DNA of 64,000 nucleotides, taken from Paraspadella gotoi (Eukaryota; Animalia; Chaetognatha). The stretch covers positions 25,944,436 to 26,008,435 of the forward strand of contig CM119263.1 of NCBI GenBank assembly GCA_051294375.1. Reading direction: 5' to 3'. The notes under the pieces were generated by a model. That model was not told where the DNA came from, made no database searches, and worked only from the letters and a program-made list of their open reading frames with translations. Shown here piece by piece: positions 49,294-63,748 of the stretch (its first letter is position 1; the number at the start of each line of letters is the position of its first letter). The translations under genes were made by a program, and so were the position numbers.

Positions 49294-49592
49294 TTTAGAT
49301 GCGCCGCGAGTACTCGCGGAGCAACTCTATAAGTCACTTTTCGGTCGGGCGGTTCGTCGGTATGTCTGTCCGTCGGTCTTTCCCACTTACTAAAAATGCT
49401 CATAAAATGTATAATGTTGCTCATTTGTTAAGACAGGAAAAGAAAAAATTCCTATGCAGTGCATGTCATAAATACACGGGCTAAGAAAGTAATGGTAGTC
49501 AAGTAGTCATGTCATGTCACCTGGTCATGTCATGTCATGTCATATCACAAGAAACACACGCTGCGCAACACATTTGAATTACCGTTCTTGTT
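49294..49592 (-). mobile_element. Full-length Helentron-type family B element
   Basis: Hairpin CCGCGAGTACTCGCGG near one end, (GTCG)n, (CATGT)n, and ...GTTCTTGTT at the other end. Confidence 0.65.
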
Positions 49593-49949
49593 TATATAAA
49601 GGGAAATATTTTTTTTAAAAATCGATTTAAATGTTGCAGCGGTTCAGCATTTTATTTTTAAATCTGCTTTTTTTTTTTTAAAGGAAGTATTTCTTCAAAT
49701 ATGCGTGACTCTTAAAAGTGTTTTTTTCACATTCAACGATTCTTAGAATCAGTTGTAAGAGTAATGCTTCATTTTATAGTGAATTTTGTTTTTTAAATCA
49801 CAAAGTTTCACAACATTTCTTTGCCCGAAAATCGAATGTGATTTCGTCGAAGAATCTCGAAGGAATTTTAAAGGAGAAGACGAATCACGAATCCGTTCGA
49901 TCGGGGAAAAAGCCATATCTCCAGGGCTCTCTCGATACTTCCGGGAAGA

Positions 49950-49958
49950 GAGAGAGCG

Positions 49959-50003
<45 letters not shown>

Positions 50004-50790
50004 CTTTAGGAATCTCACTAACCAACAAATTACTTTTAAGGAAAGGTAGAAGCAGAAGAGAGAACTCTACACTAGCAAGAGAGAGAGAAGAGAGAGAAGA
50101 GAGAGAGAGAGAGAGACGAGCGAGAGATTAGAACCCTAAAAAACTTTAAGGAAGAGACGAAAGAGAGACACAACTTGAGAGAGAGAGAGAGAGAGAAGAG
50201 AGAGATCTTTAGGAAAGTGCTCCACTGCACCAAAAACAAATGCACTTTTGAGGAAAGAGAAGAAAGTAGACCCAGAGAGAGACGAAGAGAGACAGAGAGA
50301 GGGAGGGAGAGATATGAGAGTGAGAAAGCAGGAAAGAAAAAATCCTTTTTTTTAAGGAATTCATCACTCACCAAAAACAAAAGTACCTTTACACGGAAAG
50401 GACGAGAAAGAAAGCAGTGACCGCTCGCTAAAGGAGAGTAGAGAGAGACAGAGCGAGAGAAGAGAGAGAGGGAGAAAGAGGGAAGAACGAGAGACGAGAG
50501 AGAGTTAGAAAGCAGAGAAGAATCAGAGCCCATCAAAACACAATTACTTTTAAGGAAAGATAGAAAGAGAGGACAACATCTCTAACGAGAGAGAAGAAGA
50601 GACGAGAGGAGCAGAGAGAGAGCAGAGAGGAGAGAGAGAGAGAGAGAGAGAGAGAATAGAGAGAAGCTCTTTAGGAAAGTCTTCACTAAAACAAACAAAC
50701 ATTACTTTTAAGGAAAGAGAGAAAGAGAAGACAACAGCACAGCACAGAGAGAGATGAGAGAGGGAGAGAGAGAGAGGAAAGAAGCAGATT
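49950..50790. repeat. Degenerate compound tandem repeat: (AG)n spacers with a recurring ~45-nt core
   Basis: Core TCTTTAGGAA..TCACT..CCAAA..CAAATTACTTTTAAGGAAAG recurs near 50000, 50205, 50352, 50530 and 50668. Confidence 0.6.
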
Positions 50791-51707
50791 AGAACTTTAA
50801 ACAAGCTGTAAAAAACGTTATAAAAAACATCTGAATAATAATTATCTCCGAAAAAAAAGCTTCTGGGAAAATCGAAAGGATTTAATAGAGATGACATCGA
50901 TTATCCTTGACGATAACAACTGGTGTGATCAGTAGTTTTCCAATTTGCGATTTATTGCACGACTGCCGCAACTTCCCGCCTCCACCCAATCGCAACTTTG
51001 CTGTGGCGACAGAGAGAGAGAGAGGAGCACACGACGGCACACGTGTTGAGAACGACGACCACGATTAAGGTAATGCGCGTGAAATCCGAGGGAAATNNNN
51101 NNNNNNNNNNNNNNNNNNNNNNNNNNNNNNNNNNNNNNNNNNNNNNNNNNNNNNNNNNNNNNNNNNNNNNNNNNNNNNNNNNNNNNNNNNNNNNNNNNNN
51201 NNNNNNNNNNNNNNNNNNNNNNNNNNNNNNNNNNNNNNNNNNNNNNNNNNNNNNNNNNNNNNNNNNNNNNNNNNNNNNNNNNNGATAGAAAAAGAACCGA
51301 AGTCAACATTGCCCTTTTCTCTTCCAAGAAGAGAGCCAATGTCGACATATACGTTATTAAACAGAGAGAAAACAGTTGACGAAAAAGCTATGTTGTTAAA
51401 AAAAATCGTTGAGACATAGCAAACAGCGTCTTGAAGAAAGCGAGCAGCCAAAAGAGAACCAGTTTCTATTTGCAGCCAAGAGAAAGGCGCGACGTTGCGT
51501 TTCTCAATGCGAAATCTTGAAGATTTAAGTAAGGCCGAGGACGGAACGGGTCAGGTGAACGAGTCGTGATCCAACGCGAGATCACATTTCATGGCCGAGA
51601 TCACATCTCATCTTTTGAGCCAATCTGATCATTCTGTTTTATGAAGGGGGTCGGCGACAGTTCTATTTTTTTTTCATTCTCTTTTACTTTTTACTTTTTA
51701 CTTTTTA

Positions 51708-51742
<35 letters not shown>

Positions 51743-54664
51743 ATTTTATTTTTTTTTAAATACTAGAGCATAAGTTTTTTTTAGGCTTTTATTTATTTAT
51801 TTGCTGTTTAAACGACAAATTTAATTCAATTGGTTTCGTTTTCGCAAAATTACGACATTTACCCAAAAAATGTGAAATTTTTACGCATTCGAAAATGAAA
51901 TCCGTTTTTAAATCACAATTTTTTTAAAAGTTTTCAGTTAAAATCTATATGCGATGTAAAAAAAAAACAAATAAAGGCCATAAGTGATGCATTTGTTGAA
52001 AAAGGAAAAAGTCTCGGGTGGAGATTGTAGTGATACTTGAGAAAAGAACTCCCACGTGAAATCGAGGATGAAAGGTGCCGATTTATTTGGCGGGAAATCG
52101 AGTTGGAAAATCCGAGTTTCGAGTTTGAGGGGGTCCGACGTTAAATCCTCTCGATGGCAGATTTGCGATTTTATTTGGATCTTTATTTGATCGATCTCGA
52201 AGTCTCACAATCGTTTGTTTCGTAACAATTCATTTTATATATTGGCAGTTTTGACTGTTATCTTTAAATAATTGAATATTGAAGAATAGAAAAACCGATC
52301 AAATTTTTTTAACAAAATTAATATTTATAATTGGAAAGGTTAAATTCTATTTTATTTAATGTTGTTTAATGGGTCAACGTTATAACTTAGATCAATTGAG
52401 ACGTAACAGATGCTGAATGGTTTTCGTCCATTTTCTGGGGATGAACAAACACAGGCGATAGTCGGACGAAGATAGGGAGAGGCTTGATGAACTTTGAACA
52501 AGTGTTTCTAAAGACTTAAAGAATGCCTTCGATAAAGAGGCAGTTTCTAATAATAATAATAAAAATAAGAATAAAAAAAGAGTACTAAACGTTTGACATT
52601 AAAAAAAAATCCATAAAACTTTGCCACGTTTAGCAAAATTTATTCAAAAAAGTGGAGCGAAAAAAAAGAAGAAAATTCAGCGAAAAAAAAATAGTCATTT
52701 GTCGGGAGAGACTATTACAATGGATTCGTCAAACTGAGGTACAGTGGGATCGGGCTTATCTCGTCGACCTCGATCCTCGAGACGTCAAAGAATCGGAAGC
52801 CCGTATGCCCGACGTATGCCCGGTCATGCCCGCCCCGGCTCTTTTCAGCCCCCCCTCCTCCTCTTCCTCTTCTTGTTTCCTTCATTTGCATTTTTTTTCT
52901 TTCTAAAAAGAATTGAGAGGAAGTTCTCTCGTCATTGTTGCTCAACTCCGCCCGCTCTACTTTCCAAAAATCCCTCACAAAAGGGACTCAGGGGTTTTTA
53001 CTCTCTCTCTCTTTTTTGAAGGGGGGGGTGGAGGCAGGGACCAGCTCTTTCTGTCGTCATTGATCACCGACACGTCTTTCTCTCGGGTTTATCACCAGCG
53101 GTCCTTATGAGGTATCGATAACTTGATCACTCCATCATTTATAAATATTTTTTTTGTGGTTATAATGCTTTAGTCTATAGATTAAAAGGCCATTATCTTC
53201 AAGTCATTAAGTAAGATCTTTAGTAGTATTTCTTCATCAATATATCACCCGGTTACCTTTTTCACTACTGAAAAAAAAAAATCCTTATCACCATTTATCA
53301 CCCGCTCATCTTTTACTCTTTCTCACTATTCATCACCCGTATTTCTTTTACTCCATTGATCACTCGCTCTCTTTTCATTCAATTTCCCATTCATTTTTTG
53401 AAAAAAGCGAGTCAAGAAGAAAGCGTGTAATTCACTAAGAAAAAAAAATAAACTTATGTACACAAGGTCAAATTTAGCTTTCTTAAAAAATACATATCGG
53501 TTTCTAGACTTTTCATCATAGTTTTGTACAGTTATGCATAGTCTTTTTTTTTTAAATTGTAAGTATTTGGCTCTGAATAGATATTCATTTTGATAAAATA
53601 TAGATCGTTATTTTCTTTCTTTCACAACCTAACCAAACACTTTTTTAGGATATTTCCTCTTTTTTCTTTTAGTAGTGACGAACACCCGATGGCCCCCGCC
53701 GGGGATTCCATGCCTTTTGCCCGAAAAACGGAAAAAACGAGGATCGCACGTCGTCGTCGTCGTCATTATCATCATCATCAATCTCTAACGTCATCACTCG
53801 GGCTCGAGTTTCCTCTCCTCTTTTTTTTTCCAAGCCTCGACTTACCTCTACTTACCTTCAGTTAAAAACGCTTTGTGTCCCATAATGGTTTCGCCTTCTT
53901 GAAGAAATGATGGTGGCCTCACCGTCACCGTCCCAGCCATCTGTCATCTCTCTCCATCTCTCCATCTCTCCGTCGGGCCCCTTTTACCTCTTTCTTTTTT
54001 TCTTTTTTTTCTTTCTTTTGTTTATCTCTCTTGCGTTCTCAAAGACGATCAACTTAAGCTCGAAAGGAGAGACAAGCGTTAGCAATTTAACATTTAACTT
54101 TTTAACCATTTTTTAAAGTTTTATTATTTAAAAATATTTAGCCAATTATACATTGCGGTATTTAAGGTTTACAATTTTATTCGAAAAGAAAAGTATTTTT
54201 TTTAAATAAAATGTCGCAACTTCGCCCACAAAATCGTTATTTAAAAAAAAAAACTTTTGTCCGAGAACGGAAATTCTGATTCACCTGTTATAAAATATTG
54301 CGCAGTAAATAAAGTATTTTTTATTGTTAGATAAAACTGAAAAATAAAATTAAAAGATTTCTTTCCTTTTTTTGTTTTCGTAGATTTAGTTTTTGGTTCG
54401 AAAAAATAAAGGGTTCGCCCTGGTAGTAAGTTGTGCAGATTTATTCCAAGATTAAAGAAATCTGGATCCGGTGAACAAACAGACGACAAAATACAGTAGT
54501 AGCGATACAATTTTTAGCGAATATTAACGCTTACAAGTTACAGTGAAGGTTACAGTATTCGTTGTTTATTCCGTGTTTTTTTTTCGTCCCGTCGATGAAA
54601 CGCGTTCGTTCGTTCGTTCGTCGGGAGTCCGTCCTTTCGCCATCTGAAACGGGGGCTACTTCTT

Positions 54665-54697
<33 letters not shown>

Positions 54698-55670
54698 TCC
54701 GTCGATATCATCCTTTTTTGTTGTCGTCGTAAATATCGTCGTCGTCGTCGTCGACTCCGCGCAAACCAGAAAAGGATTTTTTTTTTATTTTTAAAAAACT
54801 CTCGTCGATTTTGTTTATTTTTTTTTTCATTGAAAAAATCGAACGGGTTTCTGCTTCTGTCGGTTTTCATCTGTCGACCGACTTTAAAGCCGACGAAATC
54901 GAGCACCTGCTTTTTTTTAGCCTTTTTCAGTTTTTCCCCCGCAAATCGAAGCACTTTATATTTGTTACCTCAGTCTCCTCTTCCCCGACCTCCTCTCACT
55001 TTTGTCATTTTTTTTTGGGGAACTAAAGTTTGGCAGTTTTTGATTGAATTTATACTAACAAAGGTTTTTGATTGAATTTAAACCAAAAAAAGATAAAATT
55101 TAGAAAAAAAGAAAGAAAAGGCGCGGCGATGGCTGTTGAAACTGCCTTTTTTTTTTGCAGAATAAAAAAATAAATAAAAAAAGTAGATAAAAACAAATAA
55201 AAAAAAGAATGGTTTAAAAAAAAGCTTTGCTTATTTTCTCTTTCCTGTCGTAGTTATCGTCGTCGTCGTCGTTGTCGTCTGCTAAGTCGTTGACAACACG
55301 TGATAAGCGAGTGAAGCTTTTAAAAACTCACGAAGCTTCGGTTAATTGCCTGGCAGATAATCACCTGGCAAAGTTGGAACTGCTTCGGAAAAAACTGTCT
55401 GCTTTTTTTTTCTCAATCGAACGTTGAATGATATTTATTGTTACATAGGTGAGCTTTTAACAAAAGAAGATTACCAAGGATTTAGAATTTTATTTAAAGA
55501 TAAAAATGACACTTGTTTAAAAAAGTTTGTTTGACTTAAGAAAAAAACTTAAAATGAAAAAGGGGAAAGAAAATTCCGTAAATTTCTTTAGTTTAATATT
55601 TTCTTCCAAAACAATTCTTAGGTGTGAGGCAAATTTAAAGCTTCTAAAATTTGATTCCCTTTTATGGGTT

Positions 55671-55710
<40 letters not shown>

Positions 55711-55959
55711 TCAACTTTTTTCAGTCCAATTCTTGCTTTAATCAGGAAACAGAATAAAAAGTTCTGTTTAAATTGACGTCATGATGAGATCCAATGAGTT
55801 AGCGTGTCGGTGAGAAACGGCAAAATCAGGCGAGATCCGGCGAGATCTTCTGAGTTTGCATGTGTTAAACGCGCTAGTTTAACTAAACTATCACGTGAAA
55901 TAAGAAACGTAATCGCGTTTTTGAGTTGGTATCACAGCTTTTTATCCTAACTGAGTCAC

Positions 55960-56170
55960 GCGATCTCCGGCACGTCCGCCCCCGCGGCGAGGTATATGAC
56001 TTTTGTGAGTTGGCTCCACGAAGCGTAATGCGACTCGTGGTGAGTTTCAACGACTCATTTTTTTGAATGGAAAATGGCGGNNNNNNNNNNNNNNNNNNNN
56101 NNNNNATGGCGGGAAAGACGATCGAGGAAATGAGGGGGCGGAGGGGGGCGGAGGGGGCGGAGAGGGGAGG
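55960..56170. promoter_or_regulatory. Putative promoter: CpG-rich patch, YY1-like AAAATGGCGG, three tandem GC boxes
   Basis: GGGGCGGAG x3 at 56133-56162 and AAAATGGCGG at 56071. Interrupted by a 25-N gap. Confidence 0.35.
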
Positions 56171-57043
56171 GTTTGAACGCAGGATTTGTTAAAAGGGGAA
56201 GGAGGCGGCCGGCTGCGGAAGGAGTTAAAAAGAGTTAAGGGACGCTTATTGATCGACGTATATGATTTGATGATTTGATTGATTTGAATTTGATTTGTTG
56301 ATTTATTGATGTTGATTTGATGATTTGATGATTTGATGATTTGATTGATTTGATTGCATTTGATAATTTCATTTGATTTTCATTAATTTGATTGATTATT
56401 CGAATCGTGTTTAAAGGTAATATGTTTGTACTTTAATAATAGAATAGAAATGTGAAAAGAAGAAAGTTTGACATTTGAAGTGAAAGTGAGGAGTGAAAGA
56501 AGTGAAGGTGAAGTGGAATCGCATGATGTGGACGTTGAAGAAGGTGAGGTTGTCGCGTGAAAAGCTAAAGTTCATGATGAATGTATTGAGGAAAAGGAGA
56601 AGAGGAGGAGAATGAGGAAAGAGGAATTAGATAGAAAAGGAAGACTTTAACCTGTCGAGCGGACAGCCAACTGGGAAATATCTCGACGAAACACACTCAG
56701 AATGAGAAGAGAAAAATTGGAACAAATGAAACAATCGACCCAAAGAAAAAATAAATCAGACGGATAATGAGGAAATATCGGAATGAAATGATATCCATCT
56801 GCAGGTGTATCAAAGCCCACAATAGCCAAATCAGATCGGGCAGGCTCGGGCGATCTCCGATCCATGGTTTTTCCTTCAATGATATGTTATGAAAAAAAGG
56901 TTAAACAAACTAACATCTGCCATGTTAACCTAACTAAAGGTATTAAATATATAATGCGTACATAAGAAAAAAGTTTAAAACAAAACACGAACTATTGATA
57001 TACGTTTAAAGTTGAAAAGTTCTCGTTGCTTATTGGAAACTAA

Positions 57044-57333
57044 CTAAGATCAGTTTTATCTAATGTGTTAGCACCGCAGTGACTTTATTTTAACGTGTGA
57101 TCACATGATTAAATAACATGACATGACGACAATAGCTTTATTGGAATTTCATCTTTTTTTATAGTTGTTAGAAAGAGAATTTATTTCTTTCTTAACAAAT
57201 GAGCAACAAACAATAGGCAAGTTATGAGCATTTTAACGGTAAGTGGGACCCGATCGACCGGACAACATATACCGACCGACCGACGACAAGTGACATATTA
57301 GAGTTGCTCCGCGAGTACGTGCGTCGCACCTAA
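57044..57333 (+). mobile_element. Helentron-type family B copy
   Basis: Same blocks as 38460 and 49294. Ends AGAGTTGCTCCGCGAGTACGTGCGTCGCACCTAA. Confidence 0.6.
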
Positions 57334-57494
57334 TAAATTTATCAAGGAAATTGATCCAAACACCGAAAGCGGACATTTCAAGAGGATCACATATGACCGA
57401 AAGAAATAACGAGTGTGATGAGAACAACAAACAACGACAACGACAACGACAACAGACAACTAATGGCAGCGGTGACGCTGACTTTTCTCTCTCT

Positions 57495-57534
<40 letters not shown>

Positions 57535-57536
57535 TC

Positions 57537-57571
<35 letters not shown>

Positions 57572-58849
57572 TCTCTTTTTTTTCCGCCGCTAACCCAATT
57601 AAAAGGAGTGAATAACCCGAATCCTGAGTGAAATTTTCTCGAAACGAACAACAACAACAACAAACGACAACTTTTTTATGGTGTAGACAAGCAGGCGAGG
57701 ACCCGGATGTTGAAATTCGGGAATTCCGAATTCCCTCCCGGATGTAAATAGAAAATTAGTGTTCCGGGGAGGAGGGTATGACGGAGAGAAGAGACGAGAG
57801 AAGAGCCGCATGAGAGATGAGAGAGAGAGTGAGAGAGAGTAGCTGAATCGGAACTTTTTATTCTTCTCTTCGAGCGCTGAGGAAATATTTTTCACTGATG
57901 AAATTTATACAGAGAAAATTAACATTGATTTATGCCTTAGGGAGAATAGCGAATGGAATTGGAGGGGGCCGCGTTAGGAGATGAGAGAGAGAGAAGAAAA
58001 GAGAGAGAGAGCGAGAGAGAGAGAGAGAGAGAGAGGAGGAGATTAATTGCGAGAGGAGTTGCGACTTTTATCGAGCTTCTTCTTCTCTTGGCAAAACCAC
58101 CTTGCTGAGGTTTTCTCTTTAAAGGTCGGCTCTTTAATTCTCCTTCTCTCTTTTTTATATTGTTTTTTTTTTTGTTTCTTTTTTTCTTTTCTTTACTTCC
58201 AATTTTTCTCTAGCATCGTCCGCCGATTTATTTGTCTTCTTTTCCTCGGCCATCTCTCTACAACCGTCTTTCCTTTTCCCGCCTCCCAATTTAATTTCCC
58301 TTTTATCTTTTTTTTTTTCTTTTCTTCTCGATTCTGTTTTATTCGCGCTAATTGTTTTGAAAGGACAATGGTCGGAAAGCAAAGGTTGGGGATGGATTGG
58401 TGATGGTGGTGACTGGTAAGGATTGGTGAGGGAATCATGTGAGGAATCGGTGAGGATCGGTGAGGAATCGGCAAGGGATTTGTGAGAAACAATTAAAAAG
58501 TTCCTCTTAAATCAATAATATTTTTCTCAAAAAAGTTACGCATCTCTTTCAAAGTCTATATTTACATCAGAGAAACAAAGTAAAAACAATGTATTTTAAA
58601 GTGCTGTGTCTCCATTGTTGGTAAGTGAGAGATTGGAAAGAAAGAGAGACGAGAGAGAGATGGAGCAGGAGAGAGAGAGAGAGAGAGAGAGTAGAGAGAA
58701 GAGAGATGCTAGCTGTCACCCGACTAGTCAGGTGAGAAAAGGATTTGGCGCCATCTTTAGATTCTGTGTCTCATCAATTCGTTTCAAATTCAATTAAAAT
58801 ATTTTGCATTTTCCTTGCAAAGCGACATCTCGTAAATGTCTATAGAATT

Positions 58850-59315
58850 AACTGATCAAATATGTTTGCCCGCAGTGACTGCCTTTATCAGATGTATTTC
58901 TCGTGAAGACAAGACAGGACGTAACATGACACGAATTAACATGACATTACTACATAAACTACATGAACTTTCTTTGCCCGTGTATTTATTGGGACATGCA
59001 CTGCATCCAAAATTCCGTTCTTTCTTTCCTTATTATAGTGTTAGGATTTCTTGAAGGCGGCGCTAGAAGTCACTTAGATTTTATTTCTTTGTCTTTTCTA
59101 ACAAATGAGCAACCAAACTACAGGCAAGCTAATATGTAACTGCGACCCAGGGCCTAGTCTCGGGCCGTCCTTTCTGAATTAATTTTTCATCTAATCTAAA
59201 TCTAATATGCGCTTTTCAACTTAAGTGGAACGGACAGAATACCGAACCGCACCGGACCGACCGATTAGACCGATCGAAAAAAAGGACTTACAGAGTTACC
59301 TCGCGGCGCGACTAA
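58850..59315 (+). mobile_element. Helentron-type family B copy
   Basis: CCGCAGTGACT, TTAGGATTTC.TGAAGGCGGCG, ACAAATGAGCAAC and (GACC)n blocks. Ends CGCGGCGCGACTAAAAA. Confidence 0.6.
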
Positions 59316-60205
59316 AAACAAAAAAAGCCCAGCGACGATCTAACCAGGCTTTTCCTAAAATTATTAACTCGGTCGTTCAGTAAGAGAAGATTCATGGATT
59401 TCCTTCGTCGCGGAAATCAACACAAGGCGTTTTCCCTTTTTTTTCCCGATGAGATCGGGACACATTGAACATTTTAACCGCCACGCCCCTTTTACTCGTC
59501 TGCCCTTCCCCTTTCCTCACATTACATTACATAAAACCAGAGAATGTTAGGACGACGGGTGTTTTTCGTTGAGCTATTTATTTCTTGGTTGTATTTGATT
59601 AATAATTAAATTAAAAATACTGTATTTTGTTTTATCATTGTGTATTCTGAATAAACATTCGTTATCTTTAATTTTTTTTCAAATAATAATCTAGAAGGAA
59701 ATGATTTAGCAAAACGGAAAATTAAATAGAATCAATCAGGACAACGATTCAATTCGTGTCACTAAAAAGACCGATGCTAAAACGATATAGAAAGAGTTGA
59801 GAAAAAAAAGAAACATTCAAGCGCGACTCGACCCAGCGGAAATCCAAGCTTTCGCAAAATGCCCTTCGCCGTCGTCGTTCGTGTTGACGTCGTCATATTC
59901 GTCGTCGTGTGTCGTCGACCACCGGATGACGTGTCGCCCACTGATTCGAATCGAACCCCGATTCGAGAAATAATATAAATATTAATAATCCTTCAAAAAT
60001 AAAAAAAAGCAATGAACAAAAAATGTTGTCTACATCTACAGGTCGGACGACGTTTAAACGGAACTGTAATCGGGTGTCAACGGAATAAACAGAAGAAACG
60101 CGGTGGAATAACTCAATTAATGCTTTTTCTAATTTCTTTGTGCGTTAAACTTTGCCAAATGCGGGCAGATTACTTGTAACCGTTTGGAACTGTGTTGCAA
60201 TTTAA

Positions 60206-60243
<38 letters not shown>

Positions 60244-60266
60244 ATCTCTCTCTCTCTCTCTCTCTC

Positions 60267-60310
<44 letters not shown>

Positions 60311-61103
60311 CTTGCGATAAGCGTTCGAGCGAAAGCTTAGCAGTAAGGGAGCCTCATAACGCGTAAACATTAAATAATTACATGTTGGTTACTCTTTGAA
60401 GCTGTCGAGCGACTCATCTGGGTTGGAAATATTAGGATTTCCTTTATTTTAGGAAAAAAAAATTAAAAAAGGCTTTTTTTAAAAATTATTCCTGTTCATT
60501 TTTGTGGGAATACATCGTCTAACTCTTTTGTTTTGTAAACAGATTGAATAAAAAAAAACAACAAAAAAAACATCCGAAAAATTGGACGAATGAAAACGCA
60601 AAATTCTTTTACATCCATGTAAAAACTTAATCGAATAAAGCATGTGGCGAAATAATATTAAAAAAAATCAGAGCGCGTTTTTTAGGTTTAAAAACTTTTT
60701 TTAAACAGAATCTCAGAAAGAAAATTAAAAAAAAAGTGTTTTTAAAATGATATCTTATGTCAGATGCAAAAATGGCATTCTTCGTTTCGTCGTTCTTGCT
60801 GTCAGTTAAATATATTATTCAGCTTTATTTTATCTATTATAAGCTATTCTCAAATAATAACGGCTTTGATCGTGGTTGGCAACAGAAACTTTTTTTGATC
60901 ATTAAGAAATGCAGATTCTACAAGCCCAAAATTGCAAATATAAAGTTTTTATAAATAAAATTAATTAAAAATAATAAAAAAAATTTTGTACTTTTGTGAA
61001 ATGTCTTTGACTTCGCCGATAGCGTTTTTCTTTTGTAAACCAGGAACATATTGCGACCAAGAGAGCTCTCTCTTCTCTCTTTCTCTCTCTCTTTCTCTCT
61101 CTC

Positions 61104-61159
<56 letters not shown>

Positions 61160-61331
61160 CAGCCTTTCCTGATCTCGCTCTAAATCCGTCTATCGAGAAT
61201 TTCCGTCGTATATCTCTGGTTGAAGAAGTCTCAAAAATATTGACGCTACGTCATTCGTCAGAAAATATGTTTTTGTTAAAACATTCCAGGTTGTTGTTAA
61301 ATATACTCAATTTCAACGTCGTTATTTCTTA

Positions 61332-61375
<44 letters not shown>

Positions 61376-61399
61376 CTCTCATCTCTCTCTCTCTTACTG

Positions 61400-61430
<31 letters not shown>

Positions 61431-63592
61431 TGATTGCATTTCCAGGACACGATTTCGAATAGAATTGATTGAAAAGATTAAATTTATTTGTCGCAATTTT
61501 TTACTACGGGTAGAATATTCTTACAAAATGCTTCAACACAGAAAAGGAATATTCTTAATGCTTACAATTATCCCGCGGGAAAGTTCTTGCAAAAATTGGA
61601 ATTTTTTTAAAAGATCGGATTAAAAAATTCAATTTAAAAAAAGAGCAACTTTGAAATTGACTGTCAATTCGGAAAGATTCAATCGGTCAACTTCAACTCA
61701 TAATTAAAAAACTCAATCTTGATCAACGAACGGAATTAAAAAAAACCTTAAGCTTAAAAAAAACATATTATTTCTTTCTAAATTTTTAAATATTTTATTC
61801 TATATATCATCCAACTTTCTTATGGATTTTTCTTTACTGAGTTCATTCCGGGCGGTTGTTGACGTGTTGAGTAGGACTGAGCGAGGGAGGGGTTGCAAGG
61901 TTGGAGTGTAAGTATGTATAGTGTGGGACAAAAGTGGGCTGTGACGGCAGGCGTGTTTATATGTGAATGGGTGGGCACAAAGGATGCGGCAGTGACGGCA
62001 AGGCGTGTTATGAGAAGTGGTGGACAAAAAGTGGGCAGTGAAGCGCCAGGGCCGTGGTCAAGTAAAGTGAGGGCGTGTGAAGTCAACTAAGGTTTTGTGA
62101 AGCTTAACAGTGACGAAAAAAGAAGTGTTAAGTGAGGCCGTGTGAAGTGGAGTGACGAGCGTGTGAATTTTGAAGTGAGATCGCGTGGGAACGTGAAGTG
62201 ATGCATGTGATTTGGAAGTTTGAGGACGCTGTGAAGTGAAGTTAAGATGTTGTAATTGTGACGTTAGGGCGTCTAAATTGAAGTGAGGGGCCCGCGTGTT
62301 AAAGCTAAAAAAACATCAACACTCTTTTTCACACATCAATATTTCAGTTTTAAATTGTTTTTACATATTCCTCCCATTTCATTATGGTTCAGTAAAGAGA
62401 ATAAATTCCTCCAATAAACTGTATCGATATCAAACAACGACGACGAACGCCGGCGCCGTAAGTTCACGCGGACCGCAGCCTCGCGGCGGGGGAACTGTTT
62501 GCGGTTTTGCCGCGACTGAGTGCGACGTGTGATGGCGGGTTCGAAAAACTAAATACTGCCGAAAAAAACTCGGAATTTTTTCTTCACGATCGACGATTTT
62601 CATCGACACTTATTCCTTCACAATTAATAATTCCCTTTCCGCCAAAAAAAATCGTTAAAAATAAGAAAATATTTAGAGGAAACTTTCTTAGTTAAGTTTA
62701 ATCAATAATATCTCCAGACGGTTCGATTCATGGATTTAATGCTCTTCGAGGGTCGAACCGCCCTTTTCTCACTTCGCTCTTTTCAGATCTCATTTTATCG
62801 GCGAACGCTTCCCTTCTGCATTTCATCTCTCTCGATCTCTAAATAGAAATAGAGAAGCGAGTTAGAGGTGTCTACGATGCTGCCCCCGAACCCCGAGTGG
62901 GCGTTCGAAACTGTGGGATAAGTACGAGGTGAGTTGCTCGAGTTGTGGGGGGCGAAGTATTATGTGTGACTATGCTAGCAAGTGTTGGTAAATGTAATGA
63001 GTACAGCAGACTCCGCGATCAATAAGGGAGGTGGGCGCTAACTCGCGCCACGCTCCATTTCCCGCCAATCTCTGTGCCGAGATTCTGACGAGATCTCTGC
63101 CGAGATTAGATCCCGTTTCTATAATCCCATTATTGCTTCCTTGATCTCGGGCTTCTTCTTCATTACTCAGATATACTTTCCTTATCGTTTTTCTCTCAGT
63201 TTTTTCTTCATTATTTTCATTCCGATTCTCTCATCCTCTTTAATCTAAAAGAATCTTTTCTGTTCTATCGATCTCTTCTCTTCCTGACCTTCAACTTAAC
63301 CTCTCAACCTTCAATTTCCTTCGTTTTTAACCTCACCTTTTTCTCTTTGCCGCATCCTCACCCCACCTCCTACCTTACTTCGCCCCCCCCATACTATCTC
63401 CCTGACCCCATTCCTAATCTTAATCTACCCTCCACTTTTTCTTCCCTTCTTCCTCCCATTCTCGCCCTACACCCTCCAACACTTTATTCTCGTCCCCACC
63501 TCTCTTTCCACCCCCATCTCGACCCCAACATTTTATTTACCCCAATTTCCTTACACCCAACCCCCCTACTCGCCCCCAACCGTCCTCCGCCA

Positions 63593-63748
63593 GGCACGTC
63601 TACGTTCACGTGAACAACAACAAGGCGTCGAACCTTCATCGCTTTACTATTCGTTCAACTTTTTCAAAATCCTGGAGCGAAATCGAGGCGAAGTTCGCCT
63701 CCTCGCTCAAAGGACCTCGTCAAGAAGTACGACCCTGTAGTGGAAGGG
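63593..63748 (+). CDS. Candidate exon of an unidentified plus-strand gene (another candidate at ~62788-62928)
   Basis: Long pyrimidine tract, ccgccag| acceptor, open frames and |gtaaac donor. Frame and product unresolved. Confidence 0.3.

Noticed and set aside
37365-61623. Many ORFs with SLSLSL, ERERER or FFLS runs
   Set aside because: Products of (CT)n, (AG)n and (CTTT)n microsatellites.
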